Source of the DNA: Rhynchopus sp. YZ270_cl-10
Lineage: Eukaryota
Reading direction: 5' to 3'
Assembly: GCA_964035575.1 (NCBI GenBank)
Contig: OZ037833.1
Location: 1,426,001 to 1,490,000 of the forward strand
Length of the DNA: 64,000 nt
Of the stretch, positions 22,195 to 32,889 are shown piece after piece. A model generated the notes under the pieces. That model had not been told where the DNA came from. It saw only the letters and a program-made list of their open reading frames with translations, and did not search any database. The position numbers were made by a program, and so were the translations under genes. Position 1 is the stretch's first letter. The number at the start of each line of letters is the position of its first letter.

Positions 22195-22315
22195 AATTTT
22201 TTTTGCCGCCCGTCCACAGTCCATGTGTGCACCAGTGACCACAAAACAAACCCATAAATAAAAGTTAGGCTGGAAAGTCTTGGGGACCATAAAAGGAAAG
22301 CTCAGAAAAAAACCT

Positions 22316-22387
22316 AGGCCGCTGTGGGGATTGAACCCACGACCCCATCATTACGGATGATGTGCTCTACCACTGAGCTAAACAGCC
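22316..22387 (-). tRNA. tRNA-Thr: tRNA-Thr(CGU), C33
   Basis: Cloverleaf, loop TCCGTAA. Confidence 0.9.
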
Positions 22388-22463
22388 ACATTTTAGGGAG
22401 CAAGGTGTGAAAGCTCTGAGAACCAATTTACACAGGAGAAACAAATCAGAAGAAAAAAAACTG

Positions 22464-22535
22464 TGGACCCTGAGAGGTTCGAACTCTCGGCCTCCCGTAT
22501 GCGGAACGGGCGCTCTTCCACTGAGCTAAGAGCCC
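22464..22535 (-). tRNA. tRNA-Ala: tRNA-Ala(CGC), C33
   Basis: Loop TCCGCAT, G3:U70. Confidence 0.92.
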
Positions 22536-22611
22536 CACAATTATGATGATTCTTTAAAACAACAAGCTTTGGGCGAAAATAGTTTTAGATGATCACACAA
22601 CGAAGAAAAAG

Positions 22612-22693
22612 TGACGAGGGTGAGGTTTGAACTCACGCCCCCGAAGAGACTACGACCTGAACGTAGCGCCTTAGACCACTCGGCCACCTCGCC
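22612..22693 (-). tRNA. tRNA-Leu: tRNA-Leu(CAG)
   Basis: Loop TTCAGGT, long variable arm. Confidence 0.95.
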
Positions 22694-22814
22694 TTACTAG
22701 GCTTCTTCGTTAAAAATTTTTTCACCATTGCGGAGGTATGAAGGAAATTTTTGATGCGTGCTCTGTACATTTCAAAAGACCCCCTTCAAAGAAAAGAAGA
22801 TGGAGAGAAAGCAT

Positions 22815-22887
22815 GGCGCTATAGCTCAGTGGTTAGAGCGCTCGCCCAGTAAGCGAGAGGTCGAGGGTTCGATCCCCTCTAGTGCCT
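22815..22887 (+). tRNA. tRNA-Thr: tRNA-Thr(AGU), C33
   Basis: Loop CCAGTAA. Confidence 0.92.
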
Positions 22888-22971
22888 TGTTTTTTGTTCA
22901 CTGTTCTATTTCTAGTCCGTTGTTAGGTCACAAACAACCTGTTCACATGTTGTCCACCATGACTCAGTATT

Positions 22972-23090
22972 GGATTCGGCCATACTCTGGTGAATACACC
23001 TCATCCCGCCTGATTTGAGAAGTTAAGCACCAGCAGGCCTGGATAGTACTGGCGTGGGTGACCAGCTGGGAAGTCCGGGTGCTTGAATCC
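22972..23090 (+). rRNA. 5S: 5S rRNA
   Basis: Same as 21636-21754. Confidence 0.96.
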
Positions 23091-23139
23091 TTTTTACTAT
23101 TTTTTACTGAAGCACAAAGTTGTTCTGGATTGCTCACAC

Positions 23140-23720
23140 AGGATCAAAAACGCGAAAACGTTGGGAATATGTGTTATTTGGGTGCTCCTGAATGCATTAT
23201 GAGGTTGGACGATTTGATTGGAGCATCAGAAGTGCCCTGATCGATTTGGCGAAAATGACCCAGTAAACTGTCTTTTTTGCCTCTATTCTGCAATAGCAAA
23301 AATGGCCAAAAACGCAAAAACGTTGGGAAAATGGGTTATTTGGGCGCTCCTGAATGCATTGTGATGTTGTAACCACAAATTGGAGTATCACACATATCCT
23401 CAGTGAAACATGGAATTTTCCCATTTTTCACCGGATATTTCGTAACAGCAAAAATGGTCAAAAACGCGAAAACGTTGGGATAATGGGTTATTCGGCTGCT
23501 CCTGAATGCATTATGATGTTGTAAACGCAAATTAGAGCATCAGAAGTGTCCTAATCGAGGTGGCTAAAATGACCCAGCAAAATGTCATATTCACCGCTAT
23601 TCTGCAATAGCCAGATCGTCAAAAATGGGAAACTAACGGGAAAATGGGATGTTTGGATGCTCCTGAATCCATTATGAAGTCGTAACCGCAAATTGGAGCA
23701 TCACACATCATGCCCTAATC
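23140..23720. repeat. ~150-bp degenerate repeat related (inverted) to 19935-21290
   Basis: Recurring aacgttggga..tgggttatt..gctcctgaatgcattatga..ggagcatca. Confidence 0.8.
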
Positions 23721-23796
23721 ACTTACTCCCAGTGAAAATTTATTTGGGATGTGTGGAATGTACAGGACTTCCCCCTGCACAGCAAAAAGGCAATAA

Positions 23797-23878
23797 CGCG
23801 GACGGCAGGATTTGAACCTGCGCGGGCAGAGCCCAATGCATTTCGAGTGCACCTCCGTAACCACTTGGATACGTCCGC
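23797..23878 (-). tRNA. tRNA-Ser: tRNA-Ser(CGA)
   Basis: Loop CTCGAAA, long variable arm. Confidence 0.95.
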
Positions 23879-23957
23879 TACTGTTCCTTTGCAACTTCTG
23901 GAGGAGTCACGAAAGACGAGGAGAACTGAACAAGATTCATCGAACAAAAAAAGGCTT

Positions 23958-24030
23958 TGCTCCCGGCGGGGTTTGAACCCGCGATCCCAGGCTCATAAGA
24001 CCTGTGCCTTAACCACTAGGCCACGAGAGC
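23958..24030 (-). tRNA. tRNA-Ile: tRNA-Ile(UAU)
   Basis: Loop CTTATGA. Confidence 0.92.
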
Positions 24031-24056
24031 GTCGAGCCCTTTTATCCCTTGATAAG

Positions 24057-24127
24057 GCGACCGTGGTCTAGTGGCATGATGGACCCCTCCCAAGGGTTCG
24101 ACCCGGGTTCGATTCCCGGCGGTCGCA
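24057..24127 (+). tRNA. tRNA-Gly: tRNA-Gly(CCC)
   Basis: Loop CTCCCAA. Confidence 0.93.
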
Positions 24128-24177
24128 TAGCCTTTTTTAAGCCGGGCATGTAGAAAACATTGTTGGAAGTAATTAGA

Positions 24178-24250
24178 AGCAGAGTGGCGCAGTGGTCAGC
24201 GCGGTGGGCTCATAACCCACAGGTCATAGGATCGAAACCTATCTCTGCTA
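24178..24250 (+). tRNA. tRNA-iMet: Initiator tRNA-Met(CAU)
   Basis: A1:U72, GGG/CCC anticodon stem, ATCGAAA T-loop. Confidence 0.95.
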
Positions 24251-24351
24251 GATAACCTTTTTCGATGAACCCATTTTTTTGACCTGAAAAAAATTTTTTG
24301 CACACCAAAAAAAAGTTGGTCAGACCCTTGCCAACATCTCACTAAGTTTGG

Positions 24352-24424
24352 GCAGCTATCGTCTAGTGGTTAGGACGTCCGCCTTACACGCGGAAGATCG
24401 CTGGTTCAATCCCAGCTAGTTGTA
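24352..24424 (+). tRNA. tRNA-Val: tRNA-Val(UAC)
   Basis: Loop CTTACAC. Confidence 0.94.
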
Positions 24425-24516
24425 CTTTTCATTTTTGAATTTCCTTCACAATTTTTTACAGGTGGTGTTGACTGTGATGGGACACTTCCTTAAAGCGAGA
24501 AAAGAATATGAAACAA

Positions 24517-24589
24517 GCCCCATTGGCGCAATGGATAGCGCGTTGGACTTCTAATCCAAAGGTTGTGGGTTCGAGTCCCACATGGGGTA
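24517..24589 (+). tRNA. tRNA-Arg: tRNA-Arg(UCU)
   Basis: Loop CTTCTAA. Confidence 0.95.
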
Positions 24590-24704
24590 ATTCTTTTCTT
24601 TGTTTTTTATTTTTCAGATTCGGTGCGATTGAAGACTTTCTCTGGACGCATTCTTTTTAAAAACAGGCTTCATTGTATCCTCGGTAGTATAGAGGTCAGT
24701 ATTT

Positions 24705-27133
24705 GGCGACTCACCAGTACAGAATGGTGGAATCCAGCACAGAATGGTGACCCAAAAACCAGCACAGAATGGACGGACTCAGACTTGACCCACTTACAGG
24801 CCAAAAAAAATTTTTCTACACAAAAAATTTTTTTTTTCACAGAGCAAGATTTTTGAGAAAATTTTTCAGGCCAAAACTTTGTCTAACCTGAAAATGACAA
24901 AAAGTTTCACCTACACCAGCCAGTTAACACAACCTAGAACCAGATAACGCTGCCCGAACCCCGCGCACCCGCACAACCACACGAACCAGCTAGTGACCGC
25001 AAACCCGCGCACCCGTCAACCCGCAAACCCGCACAACCACCAGCCAGATAACGCAACCTAGAACCAGTAGGTTCCCGCACACCCGCACCCAAGAGCCAGC
25101 TTATCGACCACACGAACCAGCTAGGGACCGCAAACCCGCGCACCCGTCAACCCGCAAACCCGCACAACCACCAGCCAGATAACGCAACCTAGAACCAGCA
25201 GGGTCCCGTGCACCCGCACCCACCAGCCAGCTTATTAACCACACGAACAACAAAAACTGCACCCTCTGGGGTTTGAACCTCCGACCAGTAGTAATATGTA
25301 GTGTGCGGAACCTGTGTGGTAACCACTAGGACACTATCTCTACTTTAATGGAAATCCTTATTGCTGACGAAGCATCCAAGTGGGCACCACAAGGGTTGTT
25401 CACATTCTATTTTCCCAGTGGTCGGAGGTTCAAACCCCAGAAGCAGCAGTTTTTGTTTCCCCTAACAAATCCTTAAGGAAAAGTGAATTATGGATTGCTA
25501 AGGATTTCCCAGCCATTCCATTCTGTGCTGGTGTTTCAGAAAAGTGCACTTTTTCGTTACGAACCAAAAAAGTGCACTTTTCTGAATCACCAGCACAGAA
25601 TGGAATGGCTGGGAAATCCTTAGCAATCCATAATTCACTTTTCCCTAAGGATTTGTTAGGGGAAACAAAAACTGCTGGTTCTGGGGTTTGAACCTACGAC
25701 ACCGAAGAAACTCTTATGTTTGGAATCTGTGTGCTACACACTGGGACACTTAGTCCGCCTTAGTGAAAATCCTTATGCAAGACAAAGTATCCAAGTGAGT
25801 ACTACACAGGTTCCGTGCACTGTATGAAATTGGTGGTCGGAGGTTCAAACCCCAGAACCAGCAGTTTTTGTTTCCCTTAGCAAATCCTTAAGGAAAAGTG
25901 AATTATGGATTGCTAAGGAGTTCCCAGCCATTCCATTCTGTGCTGGTGTTTCAGAAAAGTGCACTTTTTCGTTACGAACCAAAAAAGTGCACTTTTCTGA
26001 ATCACCAGCACAGAATGGAATGGCTGGGGAATCCTTAAGGATCCATAATTCACTTTTCCCCTAGCAAATCCTTAGGGAAAAGTGAATTATGGATTGCTAA
26101 GGATTTCCCAGCCATTCCATTCTGTGCTGGTGTTTCAGAAAAGTGCACTTTTTTGGTTCGTAACGAAAAAGTGCACTTTTCTGAAACACCAGCACAGAAT
26201 GGAATGGCTGGGAAATCCTTAAGGATCCATAATTCACTTTTCCTTAAGGATTTGTTAGGGGAAACAAAAACTGCTGGTTCTGGGGTTTGAACCTACGACA
26301 CCGAAGAAACTCTTATGTATGAAACCTGTGTGCTACACACTGGGACACTTAGTCCGCCTTAGTGAAAATCCTTATGCAAGACAAAGTATCCAAGTGAGTA
26401 CTACACAGGTTCCGTGCACTGTATGAAATTGGTGGTCGGAGGTTCCAACCCCAGAACCAGCAGTTTTTGTTTCCCTTAGCAAATCCTTAAGGAAAAGTGA
26501 ATTATGGATCACTCAGGATTTCCCAGCCATTCCATTCTGTGCTGGTGTTTCAGAAAAGTGCACTTTTTTGGTTCGGAACGAAAAAGTGCACTTTTTTGAA
26601 ACACCAGCACAGAATGGAATGGCTGGGGAATCCTTAAGGATCCATAATTCACTTTTCCTTAAGGATTTGTTAGGGGAAAAGTGAATTATGGATTGCTAAG
26701 GATTCCCCAGCTATTCCATTCTGTGCTGGTGTTTCAGAAAAGTGCACTTTTTGGTTCGTAACGAAAAAGTGTACTTTTTTGAAACACCAGCACAGAATGG
26801 AATGGCTGCGGAATCCTGAGCAATCCATAATTCACTTTTCCTTAAGGATTTGTTAGGAGAGGAAAAAAAACTCCTGACCCGGGTATTGAATTTCGGATCA
26901 TTTTCTCAGTCAAAATGCCAGCACAGAATGGAAACGAAAAGCCAGTACAGAATGGAAATCAAAAATTTTCTGAAAAACCAGCACAGAATGGAAACGAAAA
27001 GCCAGCACAGAATGGAACACGGCTATAAGGCTCCGACTATTCCATTCTGTGCTGGTTTTTCGTTTCCATTCTGTGCTGGTTTTTTTGGGCCCATTCTGTG
27101 CCAAATTTTGCGGGCCTGTACTGGAGGATGGCC
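24705..27133 (+). mobile_element. Non-autonomous TIR DNA transposon, element A (2429 bp)
   Basis: Ends GGCGACTCACCAGTACAG / CTGTACTGGAGGATGGCC; TSD CAGTATTT at 24697 and 27134; subterminal CCAGCACAGAATGG repeats. Confidence 0.93.
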
Positions 27134-27141
27134 CAGTATTT

Positions 27142-28414
27142 GGCCATACTGACTTACATGGTTATGGGAAAACTTACATGTTTATGGAAAAAACTGACTT
27201 ACATGTTTATGAAAAACATGACTTACATGTTTATTAAGCCGGGGATTTTTGTGTACAAATAAACATGTAAGTCATGTTTTTCATAACCATGTAAGTCATG
27301 TTGAGATTTTTGCCGGTTCATAACCATGTAAGTCATGTTTTTCATAAACATGTAAGTCAGTTTTTTTTTGAGGTCAGGTCGACATTCAATACCCGGGTCG
27401 GGAACATATTTCTGCCACTTAGCCAAAAACTGACTTGTCTCGGGGGTTGAACCCGCTACCATAAGAAAAATTTTACCTGCGTGGTAACCACTCGGCTACA
27501 CTGTCTCATACTTCTCACACAGTTTTTCTGAAGAGGTCCTGACCAAATGCGGGTTCTAGGTTACGTTATCTGACTGGTGGTTGTGCGGGTTTGCGGGTTT
27601 GCGGGTGCGCGGGTTTGCGGGTTCGAGGTTGCGTTATCTGGCTGGTGTGGTAGTGCGGGTGCGCGGGGTTCGGGCAACGTTATCTGGTTCGTGGGTTAAT
27701 AAGCTGGCTGGTGGGTGCGGGTGCGCGGGAACCTGCTGGTTCTAGGTTGCGTTATCTGGCTGGTGTGGTTGTGCGGGTGTGCGGGTTGACGGGTGCGCGG
27801 GTTTGCGGTCCCTAGCTGGTTCGTGTGGTTGTGCGGGTGCGCGGGGTTCGGGCAACGTTATCTGGCTGGTGTGGTTAATAAGCTGGCTGGTGGGTGCGGG
27901 TGCGCGGGAACCTGCTGGTTCTAGGTTGCGTTATCCGGCTGGTGTGGTGGTGCGGGTGCGCGGGGTTCGGGCAACGTTATCTGGTTCGTGGGTTAATAAG
28001 CTGGCTGGTGGGTGCGGGTGCGCGGGAACCTGCTGGTTCTAGGTTGCGTTATCTGGTTCGTGTGGCTGATAGGGTTCTCGGGGGACAGTTACTTAGCTGG
28101 CTCGTGTGCTATGTTATGTGGGTGAACACCATCAGTATCCTTCCCCACGGACTAAGGGTAAAACACTTTGCACACAGACACAAAAATTTTGCCAGAGGTC
28201 TTCATAAGAAATTTTTCACAGGCAAAAAAAAAAATTTTTTTTTCGAACGAGCTTTTTCTGAAGAAAAATTTTTTTTGTGTAGAAAAAATTTTTTGGCCTG
28301 TAAGTGGGTCAACCTGAAAATCCATAAACATGTAAGTTTCCCACCATAAACATGTAAGTCATGTTTTTCCCAAAACATGTAAGTGGATCCCAAAACATGT
28401 AAGTCATGGTCACC
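27142..28414 (-). mobile_element. Non-autonomous TIR DNA transposon, element B (1273 bp)
   Basis: Ends GGCCATACTGACTTACATG / CATGTAAGTCATGGTCACC; TSD CAGTATTT at 27134 and 28415; shares GC-rich repeat module with A in inverted orientation. Confidence 0.9.
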
Positions 28415-28570
28415 CAGTATTTCCGCCTGTCACGCGGAAGACCCGGGTTCAATTCCCGGCCGGGGAACTCTTTTTATGTGTTGTGTTTTCTTCTGTTTCT
28501 CTCTTTTTCTCCGTTTTGGTTGTCCTTTCTCATCGTTCTCATTTCATTTCTAATATAAATCTGTTGGCAA

Positions 28571-28652
28571 GGCAGGATGGCCGAGAGGTCTAAGGCGGAG
28601 GACTCAAGTTCCTTTCTCTTCGGAGGCGTGGGTTCAAACCCCACTCCTGTCA
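28571..28652 (+). tRNA. tRNA-Leu: tRNA-Leu(CAA)
   Basis: Loop CTCAAGT. Confidence 0.95.
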
Positions 28653-28761
28653 CACTTTTTTCCTTCTGTTGTCCAGAATCAATTTTTCAAGGAATCAGTT
28701 TTTTCACAATTTGTTTTTTCTGTCCACATTTTTTTGTGACACAAAATCTCGAAAAAAAGAG

Positions 28762-28833
28762 GGGCTCAGCAGGGAATCGAACCCTGGACCTCTCGCACCC
28801 AAAGCGAGAATCATGCCACTAGACCACTAAGCC
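28762..28833 (-). tRNA. tRNA-Pro: tRNA-Pro(UGG)
   Basis: Loop TTTGGGT. Confidence 0.95.
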
Positions 28834-28954
28834 TTCGTTTTGTACCCATATTCCCATTTTCTTCTGTCCAAAATTTTTTTTATTTTGACACAGTTTTGGA
28901 TTTTGGGCGGTGAATGCACACACCATCTCGTTTCTATGAACCATATAAATGTCA

Positions 28955-29028
28955 GCACCTATGGTCTAGTTGGTTATGACGCCTCGTTAACACCGAGGAG
29001 GTCTCCGGTTCAAACCCGGATAGGTGTA
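28955..29028 (+). tRNA. tRNA-Val: tRNA-Val(AAC)
   Basis: Loop TTAACAC. Confidence 0.94.
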
Positions 29029-29314
29029 CACTTCTTTTTGTGTGTTTGTTTTTTGGCCTTGTATTGCCCATTTTTTTTGGGGGTGAGAGCACATCCGCAA
29101 ACACGTGTCATAATGCTAACGTTTGCGGCTGTGCTACTCTGCCAATTTTTTTGGATTTGGTGAAAAATGGTACCAAAATCAAATCCTGGAGCGATCAGTT
29201 TTTTGTTGCCGGAAGCACATGCGGAAATGGGTGGGAATTCCTTAACATTTCCACATGTGCTTCCTTTTCAGTCCTTTCCATCTCGAACGAACTTTGATCA
29301 GTGGGAACATGAAA

Positions 29315-29620
29315 CAGACTGACTTATGTGTTATGACATAGCATCTCAGCTCAACCTGATTGCAGGCCAAAAAATAATTTTCGGCCAAAATTTTTTTTAA
29401 GTTTTTGTTGCCAGAAGCCATATGCTGAAACTTGCACAACACACAGTGAGCTGTGCGCCCACAACGGAGGGCCTGTTCTGTGCGCCCACAATGGGGGGGT
29501 GTTCTGTGCGCCCATATCGGGGTCTGCGCTGTGCGCCCGACGTACCAAAAAATTTTCGTCCAAAAAATTGGGATGTAGTAGCACAGCGCACTTTTCCAAT
29601 GTAGTAGCACAGCGCACATT
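29315..29620. mobile_element. Decayed relative of elements A/B with TGTGCGCCC repeats
   Basis: ctgactta motif and caggccaaaaaa..tttt module as in A/B; no clear TSD. Confidence 0.45.
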
Positions 29621-29657
29621 GAAAATTGTTATTAGAGTTGAGGGGAAAAAAGAGAAG

Positions 29658-29674
29658 TGCCTCCACCTGGGATT

Positions 29675-29723
<49 letters not shown>

Positions 29724-29730
29724 AAGAGGC
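29658..29730 (-). tRNA. tRNA-Phe: tRNA-Phe(GAA)
   Basis: Loop CTGAAGA. Confidence 0.95.
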
Positions 29731-29808
29731 CTTGTTTTAGGGTATGTATATTTTTTACACGGCCAACATTTTTTGAACAGGCCAAAGCCAAAGTAGTAGA
29801 AAAAGTAT

Positions 29809-29881
29809 TGGTCGTGACAGGGCTCGAACCTGGGACCGTTGGCTTATTAGACCAATGCTCTACCGACTGAGCTACACGACC
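29809..29881 (-). tRNA. tRNA-Ile: tRNA-Ile(AAU)
   Basis: Loop CTAATAA. Confidence 0.95.
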
Positions 29882-29969
29882 GACAATAATGACGAAAGGA
29901 ATCGCCAACCTGGGGTACGCACTATTTTTTTCTATTGTGCACAAAACTGTACATTTTTGCATGACATCA

Positions 29970-30590
29970 TCTTACCGATGTTCCACAATAGCAAAATGGT
30001 CAAAAATGCGAAAACCTTGCGAAAATGGGTTATTTGGGTGCTCTTGAATCCATTATGAGGTTGAACGATGTGATTAGAGCATCAGAAGTACCCTGATCGA
30101 GTTGATGAAAATGACCCAGTAAACTGCCTATTGTACTGCCATTCCACAATGGCAAAAATGGTCAAAAAGGCGAAAACGTTGGGAAAATGGGTTTTTTGAG
30201 CTCTCCTGAATGCATTATGAGGTCAGAATCGCAAATTGGAGCACCAGAAGTGCCCTGATCGAGTTGGCGAAAATGACCCAGTAAAATGACTTTTGTGCCA
30301 CCATTCCACGAATGGCAAAATGTTCAAAAATGTGAAAATATTGGGAAAACGGGTTATTCGGCTGCTCATGAAGCCATTATGAGGTCAGAATCGCCAATTG
30401 GAGCATCAGAAGTGTCCTGATAGAGTTGGTTAAAATGACCCACTAAAATGCCCATTGTACCACTATTGCGCAAGAGCAAAATGCTCAAAAATGTGAAAAC
30501 GTTGGGAAAATGGGTTATTCGGATGTTCCTGAACGCATTATGAGGTCAGACTCGCCAATCGGACCATCACACACATCCTCATCGCTAAAA
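29970..30590. repeat. ~120-bp degenerate tandem repeat of the same family as 23140-23720
   Basis: Recurring cattatgaggtcagaatcgc..ggagcatcagaagtg..aaatgacccagtaaa. Confidence 0.8.
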
Positions 30591-30689
30591 GACCCTCAAA
30601 ATCACAGGTACGACGCAATGGTGTCAGTTCATATTTTTGTGTGTTGACTGTCCCAACCAAAAAATAATCAACAAAATATGGCAAAAAAA

Positions 30690-30761
30690 TGGACATTGAG
30701 GGGTTCGAACCCTCGGCCTCCCGTATGCAGAACGGGCGCTCTACCACTGAGCTAAACGCCC
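30690..30761 (-). tRNA. tRNA-Ala: tRNA-Ala(UGC), C33
   Basis: Loop TCTGCAT, G3:U70. Confidence 0.92.
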
Positions 30762-30874
30762 CTGATAAATGTCCCTCAAGGAGAGGTACTTGGGGCACTT
30801 TCTGTTCGTCTTTTTGTCAATTTTTTTCAAGAACGCAACAAGCCTTGAAATTGACTCTTTCCTTTAAAACGAAT

Positions 30875-30946
30875 GCCCGCCTAGCTCAGCGGTAGAGCGT
30901 TGGACTTTTAATCCAATGGTCGTGGGTTCGATCCCCACGGCGGGTG
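30875..30946 (+). tRNA. tRNA-Lys: tRNA-Lys(UUU)
   Basis: Loop CTTTTAA. Confidence 0.95.
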
Positions 30947-31023
30947 CCTACTTTTTTGGATCAATTGGATTCTCTTTTTTGTGCTCATTTTCAGGATCTG
31001 GGGCGTTGTGCTTCCTCAACTAT

Positions 31024-31105
31024 GCTGACGTATCCAAGTGGTTACGGAGGTGGACTTGAAATCCACTGGGCTCTGCCCGCGCAGGTTCGAACCCTGCCGT
31101 CAGCG
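31024..31105 (+). tRNA. tRNA-Ser: tRNA-Ser(UGA)
   Basis: Loop CTTGAAA. Confidence 0.95.
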
Positions 31106-31219
31106 TTCTTTACCTTTTCGTTTGATTTCTGTGATCTATGTTTTGTCATCAAATGCAGAGATTGAAGATGTGTGTGACAAAGCTCCAAAAAATATTGAAA
31201 ACACTTGGAAAAAGAAAAG

Positions 31220-31291
31220 TTCTCCCACGCGGGTTTGAACCGCGGCTACTGGATTCAAAGTCCAGGGTGCTAACCACTACACCATAGGAGA
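31220..31291 (-). tRNA. tRNA-Gln: tRNA-Gln(UUG)
   Basis: Loop CTTTGAA. Confidence 0.94.
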
Positions 31292-31393
31292 GATAATCCG
31301 GATCCTTTTGTTCACACAACAACGATGGAAAATTTGGTGGTTGCAGGTACACACAAGTACCCCACAATGATTCTTTGATTTAAGTTAATATGA

Positions 31394-31466
31394 GCCTCCC
31401 TAGCTCAGTCGGTAGAGCGCAAGGCCCTTAACCTTGTGGTCGCGGGTTCGAGCCCCGCGGGAGGTG
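31394..31466 (+). tRNA. tRNA-Lys: tRNA-Lys(CUU), C33
   Basis: Loop CCCTTAA. Confidence 0.92.
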
Positions 31467-31692
31467 CTTTTTGTATTGATACCTGAATTTTTCTGAATTT
31501 TTTTTATTTGTTGGAAAACATGGTGTGTTGGTCGTTGTGCAATGAGCCCGCCATCGTGCGAAATCGTGCCCAAAAAAAATTTTTGGTGGTCACAATTGCG
31601 ATGATTTTTGGTGATCCCACCCAGACCAAATCGCACTAACTAAGTTGTTAAGCAAAGTACAAGCTTCGTCCTAAGTACTGACAGGTAATTAA

Positions 31693-31774
31693 GCGGACGT
31701 ACCCAAGTGGTTACGGGGCTCGCCTGCTAAGCGAGTGTGCTCTGCATGCGCAAGTTCGAACCTTGCCGTTCGCG
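31693..31774 (+). tRNA. tRNA-Ser: tRNA-Ser(GCU)
   Basis: Loop CTGCTAA. Confidence 0.95.
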
Positions 31775-32027
31775 TTTTTTATACACTGCATTGATACCTT
31801 TTTTCATTCTTTTCTGAACTTTTTCAAACTCAAAAAAAAACCTGAAAAAATCTGTTTTATCTTCAGGTCAAGAATCTCCAAGTTAGGACAACATTCAAGA
31901 TGTTTGGTTTTTTTGGTGAGACAACCTTGGAAATCCTGAACAATAGTTTCAACATCAAGATGACACACAACTTGGGTTTTTAGCTCAAAATCAAAAATAG
32001 AGTCAAAAACTCAAAAAAATGAAAAAT

Positions 32028-32100
32028 CTCCTCCTGTTGGGTTCGAACCAACGACCTGCAGGTTAACAGCCTGACGCGCTACCGACTGCGCCAAGGAGGA
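32028..32100 (-). tRNA. tRNA-Asn: tRNA-Asn(GUU)
   Basis: Loop CTGTTAA. Confidence 0.95.
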
Positions 32101-32214
32101 TCTGATTGTTAGCGAAGACAGCATTTACATGGGGACCTTATTCAAAACGAAAACACACACAAGGAATGATGGAAACTTATGGCCTTGGTACGAAGAGAAT
32201 GCGAGAGAATTCGT

Positions 32215-32286
32215 GGCTCGGTGGTCTAGTGGCATGATTCTCGCTTAGGGTGCGAGAGGTCCGGGGTTCAATTCCCCGCCGAGCCC
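32215..32286 (+). tRNA. tRNA-Pro: tRNA-Pro(AGG)
   Basis: Loop TTAGGGT. Confidence 0.95.
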
Positions 32287-32383
32287 TTGTCTTTTTGGAT
32301 TTTCATTTTTATTTATTTTTTCGTTTGAAATTCCGTGTTCCTTGCACAAAAGTACCCTTTTTGGATTGTGCCTAAGTATCACC

Positions 32384-32455
32384 TCCCCTTTAGTACAGTG
32401 GTTAGTATACCTGGCTTTCACCCAGGCGACCCGGGTTCAAACCCCGGAGGGGGAA
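32384..32455 (+). tRNA. tRNA-Glu: tRNA-Glu(UUC)
   Basis: Loop CTTTCAC. Confidence 0.95.
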
Positions 32456-32592
32456 TCCTTTTTGATTGCTTTCAAATTTCGGAGCTGTTTTTTGATATTT
32501 TCATATTTCTGAATTTTCAATTTGGCAAAGTTTTGTGACAAGAAATCTCTGAGAAGGAGGAAATCTAAAAATATTTTGGAATGAACAAAAAG

Positions 32593-32664
32593 TACTCGCG
32601 GCGGGGATCGAACCCGCAACCTCCGGCGTCGGGAACCGACGCGCTTCCATTGCGCCACGCGAGC
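32593..32664 (-). tRNA. tRNA-Arg: tRNA-Arg(CCG), C33
   Basis: Loop TCCCGAC. Confidence 0.88.
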
Positions 32665-32889
32665 TTATCTTGTTTCCCAAGATCTCAGATTATGGAGAAG
32701 GTTTGGCAGTGTCTAAAAAAGTTCAAAAAGTGATAAAACAGCCAGTGTCCCTTGGTGCATGACTGGTTGTACTGTGGTGGACCCGTGCACTTTCCATACA
32801 GTCCTATGCCAGAAAACCCACACACAATGGGTTTGTGGGTTTTCTACATCCACTGTACCTGTGCATAAGATAACCCATCGTGAAACTCC

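Larger units (their letters stand above)
24678..28467 (+). pseudogene. tRNA-Asp: tRNA-Asp(GUC) split by two stacked insertions
   Basis: 5' part 24678-24704, 3' part 28415-28467; intact allele at 56441-56512. Confidence 0.95.

Noticed and set aside
25251..26470. tRNA-like cassettes in element A as real tRNA genes
   Set aside because: A/B boxes are present but acceptor and anticodon stems do not form.
24678..28467. Split tRNA halves as trans-spliced or intron-containing tRNAs
   Set aside because: 8-bp duplications, TIRs and empty alleles show transposon insertions.
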